From contig CATNEN010000034.1 in the NCBI GenBank assembly GCA_950097015.1, forward strand, positions 3,224,001 through 3,288,000: 64,000 bases of DNA, in the 5' to 3' direction. Source of the stretch: Macrostomum hystrix (lineage: Eukaryota > Animalia > Platyhelminthes). Shown in pieces: positions 25,936 to 37,700 of the stretch. Positions within the stretch are counted from its first letter, which is position 1. Every line of letters starts with the position of its first letter. The position numbers and the translations under genes are program-made. The notes below the pieces were generated by a model. The model was not told the origin of the DNA. It ran no database searches and worked only from the letters and a program-made list of their open reading frames with translations.

Positions 25936-26604
25936 ACCTTGACTACCCCAAATAAACACAATAAAGTCCAAAGTAGCGAATACAGTAAGTCGCATATTTC
26001 ACCAATGATCACTGCTTCATTGATCACTTAAATAGGTAATACTTGTAAAATAGGTTTTTATTAGTTTATTTAAACAAAACAGATTTCTAAATGATCTATA
26101 TTTACAGAGCAGAACAGGTTAGCAGGCTAAGTGTTGATTGCAGAAATTCACAATTAATAATCTTTATCTTTTGTTATTTTAAACGCTAATTTTACGCAAG
26201 AATTGCGTGCAACAATTTGAGTTTTGTTTTCGTAAACGCTACGCAGATGTTTCATATTTTTTGGGATATAAATATAGGTTACTGACGGAATAGCGATGAG
26301 GGAAGGAAGGAGGAAATTTGATAATTGGGTTAGTAGAACCTGTCATCAGGAGAGTGATGACAGTGGCTGTCTGTAGGCTAGGATTGAAGTTTTTTTTTAT
26401 CTGAAATTTTCAGGTTAATGATTCCGAGACTTCGGAATCAACAGTCTCGGCTGCTGGGTGCGATATTATACCATTGTGGGAATCGAGACTGAGACAATGT
26501 TAATAATTTTTACTAAAAAGATTTATTTACACCCGCGTCACAGCATTACACTTCCACTTGACTTGTTTTTCTGTATTACAAAATTATATTACTCATGCTT
26601 GTCT

Positions 26605-27250
26605 CATTACTGTACCTTCTATTGCTCATGCAATTATCATTACAGTCTCAGCTACTGTACCTTCTATTGCTCATGCAATTATCATTACAGTCTCACCTAC
26701 TGTACCTTCTATTGCTCATGTAATTATCATTACAGTCTCACCTACTGTACCTTTTATTGCTCATGCAATTATCATTACAGTCTCAGCTGCTGTACCTTCT
26801 ATTGCTTATGCAATTATCATTACAGTCTCAGCTGCTGTACCTTCTATTGCTCATGCAATTATCATTACAGTCTCAGCTACTGTACTTCTATTGCTCATGC
26901 AATTATCATTACAGTCTCAGCTACTGTACCTTCTATTGCTCATGCAATTATCATTACAGTCTCACCTACTGTACCTTTTATTGCTCATGCAATTATCATT
27001 ACAGTCTCAGCTACTGTACCTTCTATTGCTCATGCAATTATCATTACAGTCTCACCTACTGTACCTTTTATTGCTCATGCAATTATCATTACAGTCTCAC
27101 CTACTGTACCTTCTATTGCTCATGCAATTATCATTACAGTCTCAGCTGCTGTACCTTCTATTGCTCATGCAATTATCATTACAGTCTCAGCTGCTGTACC
27201 TTCTATTGCTCATGCAATTATCATTACAGTCTCAGCTACTGTACCTTCTA
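26605..27250. repeat. Minisatellite, 45-nt unit TACAGTCTCAGCTACTGTACCTTCTATTGCTCATGCAATTATCAT
   Basis: About 14 copies, one with a 1-nt deletion. Confidence 0.95.
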
Positions 27251-27835
27251 TTTATCCTAATAAATGTGCAAGCATAGATGAGGGATATCATATTAAACAA
27301 TTATAGTCTAACGCACTATGAGGTATAGTGTTTTTAAAAGTTATTTTTACATTCTCAAACGAGCAGTTTAGCAACAAAAAATGGTTAAATCAAAGTAGCA
27401 AACAACAGACAGAACAGAAATCGTCAACTGAAAACAGACACTTGCTCAAAGAGGAACACAAGAGAAGCATAGGCAATGGTTGAAACGCAGGTAAAAATTC
27501 CAGTTAAAATCACGTTGATTATAAAAGTACATAAAAATGTGTCATTATCGTTCCTTATTAATTAAGTTTCTCGTTATGTGCTCGATTCTTTTCGTCAGTT
27601 GCTAATTCGGCCATCCGGAAGGACAGCTCAGAGACCTTTCTGGCGCATGATTCTTTGACGTCGGACATCGTTAACATGAATTCTAGTCTAAATAATAATT
27701 AGGTCATGCTTGTCTATTTTTCAACAGTTACAAAACCTAAAAAGAGTTTCCTAGTGGATTAGATTTTTTAGAAGACATGCTACAATCGTTGTTTTGAAAC
27801 AATAAACGAGGGTCACTAAGTATTGATTTTCGCGT

Positions 27836-28212
27836 AAAAACTGGACCGCATCATTGTGTTCACGCTGGAACAAAACTGGACCGCATCATTGTGTTCACGC
27901 TGGAACAAAACTGGACCGCATCATGGTGTTCACGCTGGAACAAAACTGGACCGCATCATTGTGTTCACGCTGGAACAAAACTGGACCGCATCATTGTGTT
28001 CACGCTGGAACAAAACTGGACCGCATCATTGTGTTCACGCTGGAACAAAACTGGACCGCATCATTGTGTTCACGCTGGAACAAAACTGGACCGCATCATT
28101 GTGTTCACGCTGGAACAAAACTGGACCGCATCATTGTGTTCACGCTGGAACAAAACTGGACCGCATCATTGTGTTCACGCTGGAACAAAACTGGACCGCA
28201 TCATTGTGTTCA
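27836..28212. repeat. Minisatellite, 35-nt unit AAAACTGGACCGCATCATTGTGTTCACGCTGGAAC
   Basis: About 10-11 near-perfect copies. Confidence 0.96.
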
Positions 28213-28606
28213 AGCTTAATATATAACTGACCACAATTATTTTACAAAGTTGGTACATAGACAGGACTGTATAATTGGAAATATAGTAGCAAAAATGTTT
28301 AATAAGTTCACTGCACTTTTAGTTAAAAGAGAAATTAGCTAGGTATTCTGGACAAAAATTGCGTACAACTAGAAGCTCTTGGACAACTGCTGCAAATAAG
28401 AATATAGCTACCTCCTCTCTATAAAATTGACACCTTGTCAATCAGTCGCTCATCCGTTGATTTCGCACGAGCTTTTTCAAAGCAGATCCTGCCAATCGTA
28501 GAAAAGCAAATAAGCTAAGACTGACAAACAGAGAAAAAAAGGGTAGAGATGAGGGTTAGATGAACAGGAGGGACAAGCTGATGCTAAATACAATGCGGAT
28601 GGCGCG

Positions 28607-28783
28607 TTAGTAAACCCAGTTGACGGGTATCCACTGCGGCCTGGTCTGCAGCTGGTCAATCCATTGGCGCAGTTGGCCAATGGTCTCTTCAATGTCGTTG
28701 TTCACAATCTTCAAATCGAAGTAGTGGCCATATTGCCGCTCCAGCAGCTCGCTCTCCTTGGCCAGCCGTTCGAGGCTGCCGTC
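28607..28783 (-). CDS. CASK: CASK exon 17, terminal ([14 protein letters not shown]...[10 protein letters not shown])
   Basis: CTGCAG acceptor, TAA at 28609-28607; not called in the ORF track. Confidence 0.96.
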   Translation of the reverse strand, partial: DGSLERLAKESELLERQYGHYFDLKIVNNDIEETIGQLRQWIDQLQTRPQWIPVNWVY

Positions 28784-31700
28784 CTGCAGGATGGGACAAA
28801 TTGTTCAGCTTTTGAGTAGCGACTCTATGAGATGAGACGAGAAATCTGGGAGAGAGATTTCTGAGAAAGGTGGACAGAACAGGGATAATGGGAAAGAAAA
28901 ATCGTATACTTGCAAGGAGTAGGGACAAACGGAGATGGGAATGGGCGAATAGGAGAGGGAATCGAGATAATGGGAAAGAGAATTGGGATTATGAGGGAGG
29001 GAATCGGGATAATGGAGAGGTAATTGGGATAATGGGAAAAGGAAATTGAGATAATGGGAATTGCACTACTATGGTCCTTTTCGAAACAATTTTCTGGCCT
29101 AAAACGCGCAATAGCCTACTTTGAGTAGCCGATCACAATCGCAAAGCCAACAAAAGGAACTCACATTGAGGCCGTGCACGTCGCTCATGGCGCTTAGTTC
29201 CGGCGCGGCAATAAAGGCTACGAAAGGCGCGAACTCGGCGGTGCGGAGCACCCGGAGAGCCTGGGGCTCAACGTCCAGGATGGCAATCTTGCCCTGGCGG
29301 TGAATGTCCCGGATGGTGTCTAGCTTGGTGCCGTACATGGCGTCCTCGTGCGTGCCATACTCCAGGTATTCGTTGTTGGTGATATCCCGCATCATCTCTT
29401 CCCGGCTGACGAAGAAATAATTGCGGCCGTTCACCTCATTCTTGTTTGGCGGCCTGGTTGTGTCTGGGGTGGCGAAGAAGTGGGTCAAGCTTAGCAGTGA
29501 GTGGGTCAAGCTTAGCAGTGAATGGGTCAAGGGAATGGGTCAATGGAATGGGTCAAGGGAATGGTTCAAGGGAATGGGCCAAGAGAATGGGTCAAGGGAA
29601 TGGGTCAAGGGAATGGGCCAAGAGAATGGGTCAAGGGAATGGGTCAAGGGAATGGGTCAAGGGAATGGGTCAATGGAATGGGTCAAGGGAATGGGTCAAG
29701 GGAATGGGTCAAGGGAATGGGTCAATGGAAGGGGCCAAGAGAATGGGCCAAGAGAATGGGCCAAAAGAATGGGTCAACAGAAGGGGCCAAGAGAATGGGC
29801 CAAGGGAATGGGTCAATGGAATGGGTCAATGGAATGGGTCAAGGGAATGGGTCAAGGGAATGGGTCAAGGGAATGGGTCAATGGAATGGGTCAATGGAAT
29901 GGGTCAAGGGAATGGGTCAATGGAATGGGTCAAGGGAATGGGTCAAGGGAATGGGTCAAGGGAATGGGTCAATGGAATGGGTCAATGGAATGGGTCGATG
30001 GAATGGGTCAAGGGAATGGGTCAAGGGAATGGGTCAATGGAATGGGTCAATGGAATGGGTCGATGGAATGGGTCAATGGAAGGGGCCAAGAGAATGGGCC
30101 AAGAGAATGGGCCAAGGGAATGGGTCAAAAGAATGGGTCAACAAAATGGGCCAAGGGAATGGGCCAAAAGAATGGGTCAACAAAATGGGTCAAGGGAATG
30201 GGCCAAAAGAATGGGCCAAGGGAATGGGTCAATGGAATGGGTCAATGGAATGGGTCAATGGAATGGGTCAAGGGAATGGGTCAAGGGAATGGGTCAATGG
30301 AATGGGTCAATGGAATGGGTCGATGGAATGGGTCAATGGAATGGGTCGATGGAATGGGTCAATGGAAGGGGCCAAGAGAATGGGCCAAAAGAATGGGTCA
30401 ACAAAATGGGCCAAGGGAATGGGTCAATGGAATGGGTCAAGGGAATGGGTCAATGGAATGGGTCAATGGAATGGGTCGATGGAATGGGTCAATGGAAGGG
30501 GCCAAGAGAATGGGCCAAGAGAATGGGCCAAAAGAATGGGCCAAGGGAATGGGTCAAAAGAATGGGTCAACAAAATGGGCCAAGGGAATGGGTCAAGGGA
30601 ATGGGTCAATGGAATGGGTCAAGGGAATGGGTCAAGGGAATGGGTCAATGGAATGGGTCAAGGGAATGGGTCAAGGGAATGGGTCAAGGGAATGGTCAAG
30701 GGAATGGTCAAGGGAATGGGTCAAGGGAATGGGTCAAGGGAATGGTCAAGGGAAGGGTCAAAGGAAGGGGTGGCACTCACGCGGTATCGGGTAGGCGAAT
30801 CTGTCAGGCGAGGCCTGGATAAGTGTGTTTTTGATGTGCCGCCGACCGACCCCGTGGGCGCCTAGCAGTACCAGAGTCTTGCGCCGAAAATTGGCCAGAT
30901 GAACCACTTCCTCGTAAGTGACCATCTCAAGCTGGTCCAGGGTGGCGGCGCCGCCGCCGGCCGCCTGTTTCGCTCCGCCTCCGGCGCCGCGTTGCTTGCC
31001 GCGCCTGGCGAACGAGAACAAGCCGGTGCAGTTGACCGTGTCCTTTTTAGCGCGCTCAATAGCGCTGCAGGCGGTGCGCCACTCCTGCAGCTCCGGCGAA
31101 GGGATCAGGCTGGCCGGCGTGCTCGCCGGGGCGTTCCATTCGCGAGCCTAAGCGTGGAGAGGGCACACAATATGCGCAATAGTCTACTGCCGATCCGACT
31201 TAGTAGGATATCGTGTGTTTTTTCAGCAAAATTAAATAATTTATATAATATTACTACTATTAGTGGAACAACAGTTAAATAAATTGCACACTAAGCCATT
31301 ATAAAAACTTCTCACCTGCCACCAGTTGTGATCGTCCTTGCTGATCACCTGAAGGATGTCGCCGACGCGAAACCGAATGCCAGCCTGCGGGCATGGGTTC
31401 AGCTCGTCCTCCTCCGGGCTGTAGTTAAACATGGCCTTCACGTAGATCTGCGGGTTGACGGTGGGGGCAAGACAGGCTGGGAGAGGGTTTAATGAATGAG
31501 GCGCTTTTGAGAAGCGGTCGATGGGGTGAGAAGGGGATAGATGGGGTGAGAAAATGATAGATGGGGTGAGAAAATGATAGATGGGGTGAGAAAATGATAG
31601 ATGGGGTGAGAAGGGGATAGATGGGGTGAGAAGGGGATAGATGGGGTGAGAAGGGGACAGATGGGGTGAGAAAATGATAGATGGGGTGAGAAAATGATAG

Positions 31701-34700
31701 ATAGGTTGAGAAAATGATAGATGGGGTGAGAAAATGATAGATGGGGTGAGAAAATGATAGATGGGATGAGAAAATGATAGATGAAGTGAGAAGGGGATAG
31801 ATGGGGTGAGAAAATGATAGATGGGATGAGAAAATGATAGATGGGGTGAGAAAATGATAGATGGGATGAGAAAATGATAGATGGGGTGAGAAGGGGATAG
31901 ATGGGGTGAGAAAATGATAGATGGGGTGAGAAGGGGATAGATGGGGTGAGAAAATGATAGATGGGGTGAGAAAATGATAGATGGGGTGAGAAAATGATAG
32001 ATGGGGTGAGAAAATGATAGATGAAGTGAGAAGGGGATAGATGGGGTGAGAAAATGATAGATGGGATGAGAAAATGATAGATGGGGTGAGAAAATGATAG
32101 ATGGGATGAGAAAATGATAGATGGGGTGAGAAAATGATAGATGGGGTGAGAAGGGGATAGATGGGGTGAGAAGGGGAAAGATGGGGTGAGAAGGGGATAG
32201 ATGGGGTGAGAAGGGGATAGATGGGGTGAGATGCGGATAGATGGGGTGAGAAGGGGATAGATGGGGTGAGAAGGGGAAAGATGGGGTGAGAAGGGGATAG
32301 ATGTGGTGAGATGCGGATAGATGGGGTGAGAAGGGGATAGATGGGGTGAGATGGGGATAGATGGGGTGAGAAAATGATAGATGGGGTGAGAAGGGGATAG
32401 ATGGGGTGAGAAGGGGATAGATGGGGTGAGAAAATGATAGATGGGGTGAGAAGGGGATAGATGGGGTTAGAAGGGGATAGATGTGGTGAGATGGGGATAG
32501 ATGGGGTGAGAAGGGGATAGATGGGGTGAGATGCGGATAGATGGGGTGAGATCTAAAACTTATCGATAATCGATCTTTTCATCCCTTGAATGTCTGAATC
32601 AACTTAGAAAAATCTTTGTTTGAAAAAAGGTTTAGTAAAAATTTACATGCCAGAAAAAAGTAGAAATAAAATTGTATTATTAAAAATTAGAAATTTCTGT
32701 TTCATGCAAATTCTTAAAAAAAATACCCGATGTATATCGAAAAACTAATTCTATCGGTACCCGATATGTGTAGAAAAATCGGAAGAACAGTGCTAAGAAT
32801 TTGAAATTGTTCATGTAATATCGATTCTACAGATCGCTAACTAATCTATTTAGCTTGCTAAAGGTACACAGCATGCTTACACCCGCCCTCGACTGTGTGA
32901 TTACCTCGCACTGCATCGGGTGATTGCGATAGCTGGGCACAATTTTCAGCGTGACACTGCCTCGCGCCTCCTTCTGCAAACGGATTTATTATTTTGCAAA
33001 ACAATATCTTTCTGTGCGCAAATGTCTCTTTAAATTGATTTCTCTCTGGAGACTCGGCTGCGGTCATGCCCGGTGTTCTATTTTAGTTACACCTGAGACT
33101 ACCTGCAAGAAACCTAATTCACCTTTTAATCTAAAAATAAGGATATAAAATAAATAGTAACTGTGCATTCCAGAAGTTTCGTTTCTACGAGAGAGAAAAT
33201 TTTAAAAGAAAATAATTATAGACAGACCATCACAAGCATGCACTTTAACGTTTGTTAATAATTACAAAAGGCACTCGACAGTTTTAGCTACTGTCCATTC
33301 AGCGTCTCTTTGGAGTTTCTTGTTCAAATTTGTAAAAATAGATGAATTCAGACTTAGTAGAAGGACACACAGACTTTTGGGATTTAGTGTAGGTGGATAA
33401 GCTTAGCTCATTTCTTAGCTGAGTGAAATAAAGCAATGGAAAATTAGGTGTCTCGCGTTGCTAAATGACGCAAATTTTTGTTTGAGACTCTCACTGGTCG
33501 AGATTCGAACCCCCGACCTCTAAGTCAGAAGTCCGACGCTCTAACTACTGGGCCAGCTGGATATGCTCAAAAAAAACTACTGCCATGCGCATCTCATACG
33601 CTGACATGACAAACAGTAGGCCATTGTGCTTTTCTGAATCAAACTTCAAAGAGCAATTCTTATAAGTTTGAAGAAAATAAAATCATAAAAAACAATGCGT
33701 CAGGGCAATAGTAAAAACACAAATGTAAAAATTATAAATAAAGCAATGTTATTAGAAAATAACGTGTCTTTGCTCACTACTTTGAGTAGGCTAAAAAGAA
33801 TCAAGATTTTGCAATCAATCTCAATCGCCATTCAATTTGTAAAATCAACTGCCTGTGTTAGTCTGAGAGCCAGAAATTATTGCCCGCTGATGCTTTCCCA
33901 CAGAGTTGATATTTTTGTTAAACTGCAATTACCTCCTTGAGCATAGCCATCTGATGCGAGGCCCTGCTGCCCTGCGACAGGTTGGGCACAATTTTGATGG
34001 TCACCATGCCGCGCAGGGATTTCTGCAGGGTGGGATGCACTTTTATGAAAACAATATCCGTTTCATTTTGTTTAACTTTTCACTCTGCAACCAATCAGAT
34101 AATCTGAGAATCACAAAGTAACTCAGGTAACTCATCTTCAACCAATCAAAGAAATGCAAAGCAATCCTTCCTGACCAATCGGAGAAATGCAAAGCAATCC
34201 TTCCTGATCAATCGGAGAATTGCAAAGAAATCCTTCCTGACCAATCGGAGAATTGCAAAGCAATCCTTCCTGACCAATCAGAGAAATGCAAAGCAATCCT
34301 TCCTGACCAATCGGAGAATTGCAAAGCAATCCTTCCTGACCAATCGGAGAATTGCAAAGAAAACCTATCCATCCTGGCCAATCAGATAATCGCGAAGCAG
34401 CCTTCTCCAACCAATCAGAGAGCTGCTAAGTAATCTATTCCAGGTGAGAAAAATGCAAATTAATGCTAGACGCCAAAACTTGTTTTAAAAGTACAAAAAG
34501 CTAATAGTAGAATAAAACAATAAGGACTATTTTTTAATATACAGGTTTAGTATTAGACAAGTTGTTTATTACATTATATTATTATTTCGGGTTTCTTTTA
34601 ATAGAAATTTATTAGTTTTGGTCTTCTGAAGTACAAAAAAGGAATAATGATTGTAATAGTATAGTTTTATACCTGTGAGAAGATATTATGATAGTTTATC

Positions 34701-37700
34701 TATAATGATTTGTCTCGCTAACTGCCAGCTGTCAGCCTGATATAAGCAAACACGCAGGTCAGTGCTAACCAGTTTTTAATGCTTAGAATGTGCCCTACCC
34801 TACTGTAAGTAGCAAAGCTAAGAAATCATATTTAGGATAGGAACCATTTTACACAGTATTTTGGCGCATGACCGCAACGAGCTCTAAAAGATGATTTCAC
34901 ACAAAAATCACTAGCATAGAAACAATGGGAGCGACTCAAAATGGAGTCCGAACTGACCAGAAGGCGTTGCAGAGCCTCCACCGACTGACCCAGGACCGGC
35001 TCGCTGTTGATCTCGCGAATCTCATCGCCAACATGCAGGGTGCCTGCAGCGCAATTAGGCTTGCATCACACTTTCAGTTGGCGATTACTTATCATATAGA
35101 ATAATATAATACACATAAAGTATAATTCACCAGTGGGGATGAGTGCCAGAGCGGTTAACACGTTTGCCTCTCGCACCAAGGTCCCTGAGCTCGATTCCGC
35201 GGCGAGGCCACATTCATTTGGGGCGCAGCCACGGAGAGAAGGCTTGGGGGCTTGTCGAGCAATTTACACCCTTGAGGGCCAACCTCCAAGGCATAGTGAG
35301 AGTGTACACTGATTGACGACGAAAAAGTCAGGGCAGATGTACACACCTGTGTGAGTGTGTGCCTACGTACAGTATCTGTGTGCATGTGTGTTCAGGAGTC
35401 AGCGAAATGGGCAGAACTGCCTCCCCGCTGGCTGTGGGTCCAGTGTCACCAAATGATGTGCCAGTTCCCACAGACCATTATTTTTATTATATTACGTAAA
35501 CTGATAAACACAGATAAAAAATGATTCACTCACCCTGCCTGTGAATCATGCCGCCGTGCATTATGCGGGCCACAATGATTTTACCGTCGTCCGACATTTT
35601 TAAGGTGATGCCCTATAAGGCAACATAAAAGCTATTTAAATAACAAATAAGTGAACAGCAGTGATTTGGAGTGAACAGCAGTGATTTGGAGTGAACAGCA
35701 GTGATTTGGAGTGAACAGCAGTGATTTGGAGTGAACAGCAATGATTTTGGGTGAACAGCAGTAATTTGGAGTGAACAGCAGTGATTTGGAGTGAACAGCA
35801 GTGAGTTGAGGTGAACAGCAGTGATTTGGAGTGAACAGCAGTGATTTGGAGTGAACATCAGTGATTTGGAGTGAACAGCAGTGATTTTGAGTGAACAGCA
35901 GTGATTTGGAGTGAACAGCCATGTCGCAGCACTCACCATCGGTTCGTTTGTGTTTTTTTGAAACTGAACCAGGCGCACTCTAGTGACATTGTCTAATTCG
36001 GTGTCCAGACAGTCGTCTGTCTCGCCGTTGAGGTAGGAGGAGACGGGCGGTGGGGTGACCCGAATAGCCTGGTCGCTATAGACGTCGTGAGCCAGGACAT
36101 CATGCGCTTGAAGCAGAGCCTGGCCAAGGAACAATCAGTAGCTTTTAAGTCAGGACTGGAACTTCTGGATTCTCCCTACTCATCCCTTGAGCTTTTGGAT
36201 TCTCCCTACTCATCCCTTGAGCTTCTGGATTCTCCCTACTCATCCCTTGAACTTCCGCTTCCTCCCTACTCATCCCTTGAACTTCTCCCTACTCAATCCT
36301 ATAACTTCTCCTTATTCATCCCTTGAACTTCTCCCTACTCAACCCTATAACTTCTCCCTACTCAACCCAGTCGCATACCCGGAAGTGCGGCTGAGTCAGG
36401 ATGGCCCTGAGTTCGGCGCAGTCGGCCAGGAAGTCGCGAGATCGACAATCAGCTGCCAGGCTGGCGAGTACGTCGCGCGCCCGATCGACTGCGTCGTCCG
36501 GAATCTGACCGCGAATGGCGCCGCCCAGGTTGCGACAGTTGATGTGGTCGTACAGCTGCGCGTGGGAACGGGACAATGACATTGTGAGACAGGTTCTTGA
36601 CACTTTCCACTCGTCCATTTGGCTTCAATTTTGGGTTGTCTTCCCTACACATCCTTGATTGGTTTCTCCCCTACTGACAGATATTTTAACTTCTGGTTTC
36701 TACCCTCCTGACAGATATTTTAACTTCTGGTTTCTACCCTCCTGACAGATATTTTAACTTCTGGTTTCTACCCTCCTGACAGATATTTTAACTTCTGGTT
36801 TCTACCCTCCTGACAGATATTTTAACTTCCGGTTTCTACCCTCCTGACAGATATTTTTACTTCTGGTTTCTACCCTCCTGACAGATATTTTAACTTCTGG
36901 TTTCTACCCTCCTGACAGATATTTTTACTTCTGGTTTCTACCCTCCTGACAGATCCCATAACTTCTGAGTTCTCTCCTGAAATATTCTGAATTTCTTGTT
37001 AATAATATGCGATAGTATTAATATTAATTATTCCAACGAGGCTGTGGGCAATGGCACATCATTTGGTGACAGTAGACAGTAGCCAGAGGAGGCAATTCTG
37101 CCGATTCCGCTGACTCCTGAGTACACACCACCGTACGCAGGCACACGCTCACACAGGTGTGTACATCTGCCCTGACTTTTTCGTCGTCAAGCAGTGTACA
37201 CTCTCACTGTGTCTTGGACGTTGGCCCTCAAGGGCGTAAAATGCACGACAAGCCCCCAAGCCTTCTCTCCGCGGCTGCGCCCTAAATAAATGTGGCCTCG
37301 CCGCGGAATCGAGCTCAGGGACCTTTAGGGACCTTTGGTGTGCGAAAGACTTTTTAAAGTACTTTAAGTATTTAACTTTTTCCCCTATCACAGCAGACTT
37401 TAAATAGATTTCTACCTCAAGCAGCGAGTGGAGGCTGTCGTCCTGAAACACAGCCTGCAGCAGGTCCTTGTCCTGCTCCGTGCACTCGGTGAGGCACTGA
37501 ATCTCTTCTAAGCTGTCAAGCACGGCTGACACGGCTGCAATTGGGATATTAGGAAGATGAGCACATTTTTATCCTCATCCCGCCAGACTAGGTAATTCAA
37601 GTTATGAGAAGTTCATGGATGAAAACTCAGTTGGAGGGTAACTTCAGGGAGGCAATTTCATTTAGGTAACTTCAGGGAGGCAATTTCATTTAGGTAACTT

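Noticed and set aside
14586-28783. GPCR next to CASK as conserved synteny with vertebrate GPR34/GPR82 nested in CASK
   Set aside because: This receptor is an aminergic alpha2-type, lies tail-to-tail outside CASK, and is unrelated to the P2Y-like GPR34/82 group.
29421-30865. Three about 450-aa Gly/Trp-rich ORFs on +
   Set aside because: They lie antisense within CASK intron 15 and are simply the G-rich minisatellite.
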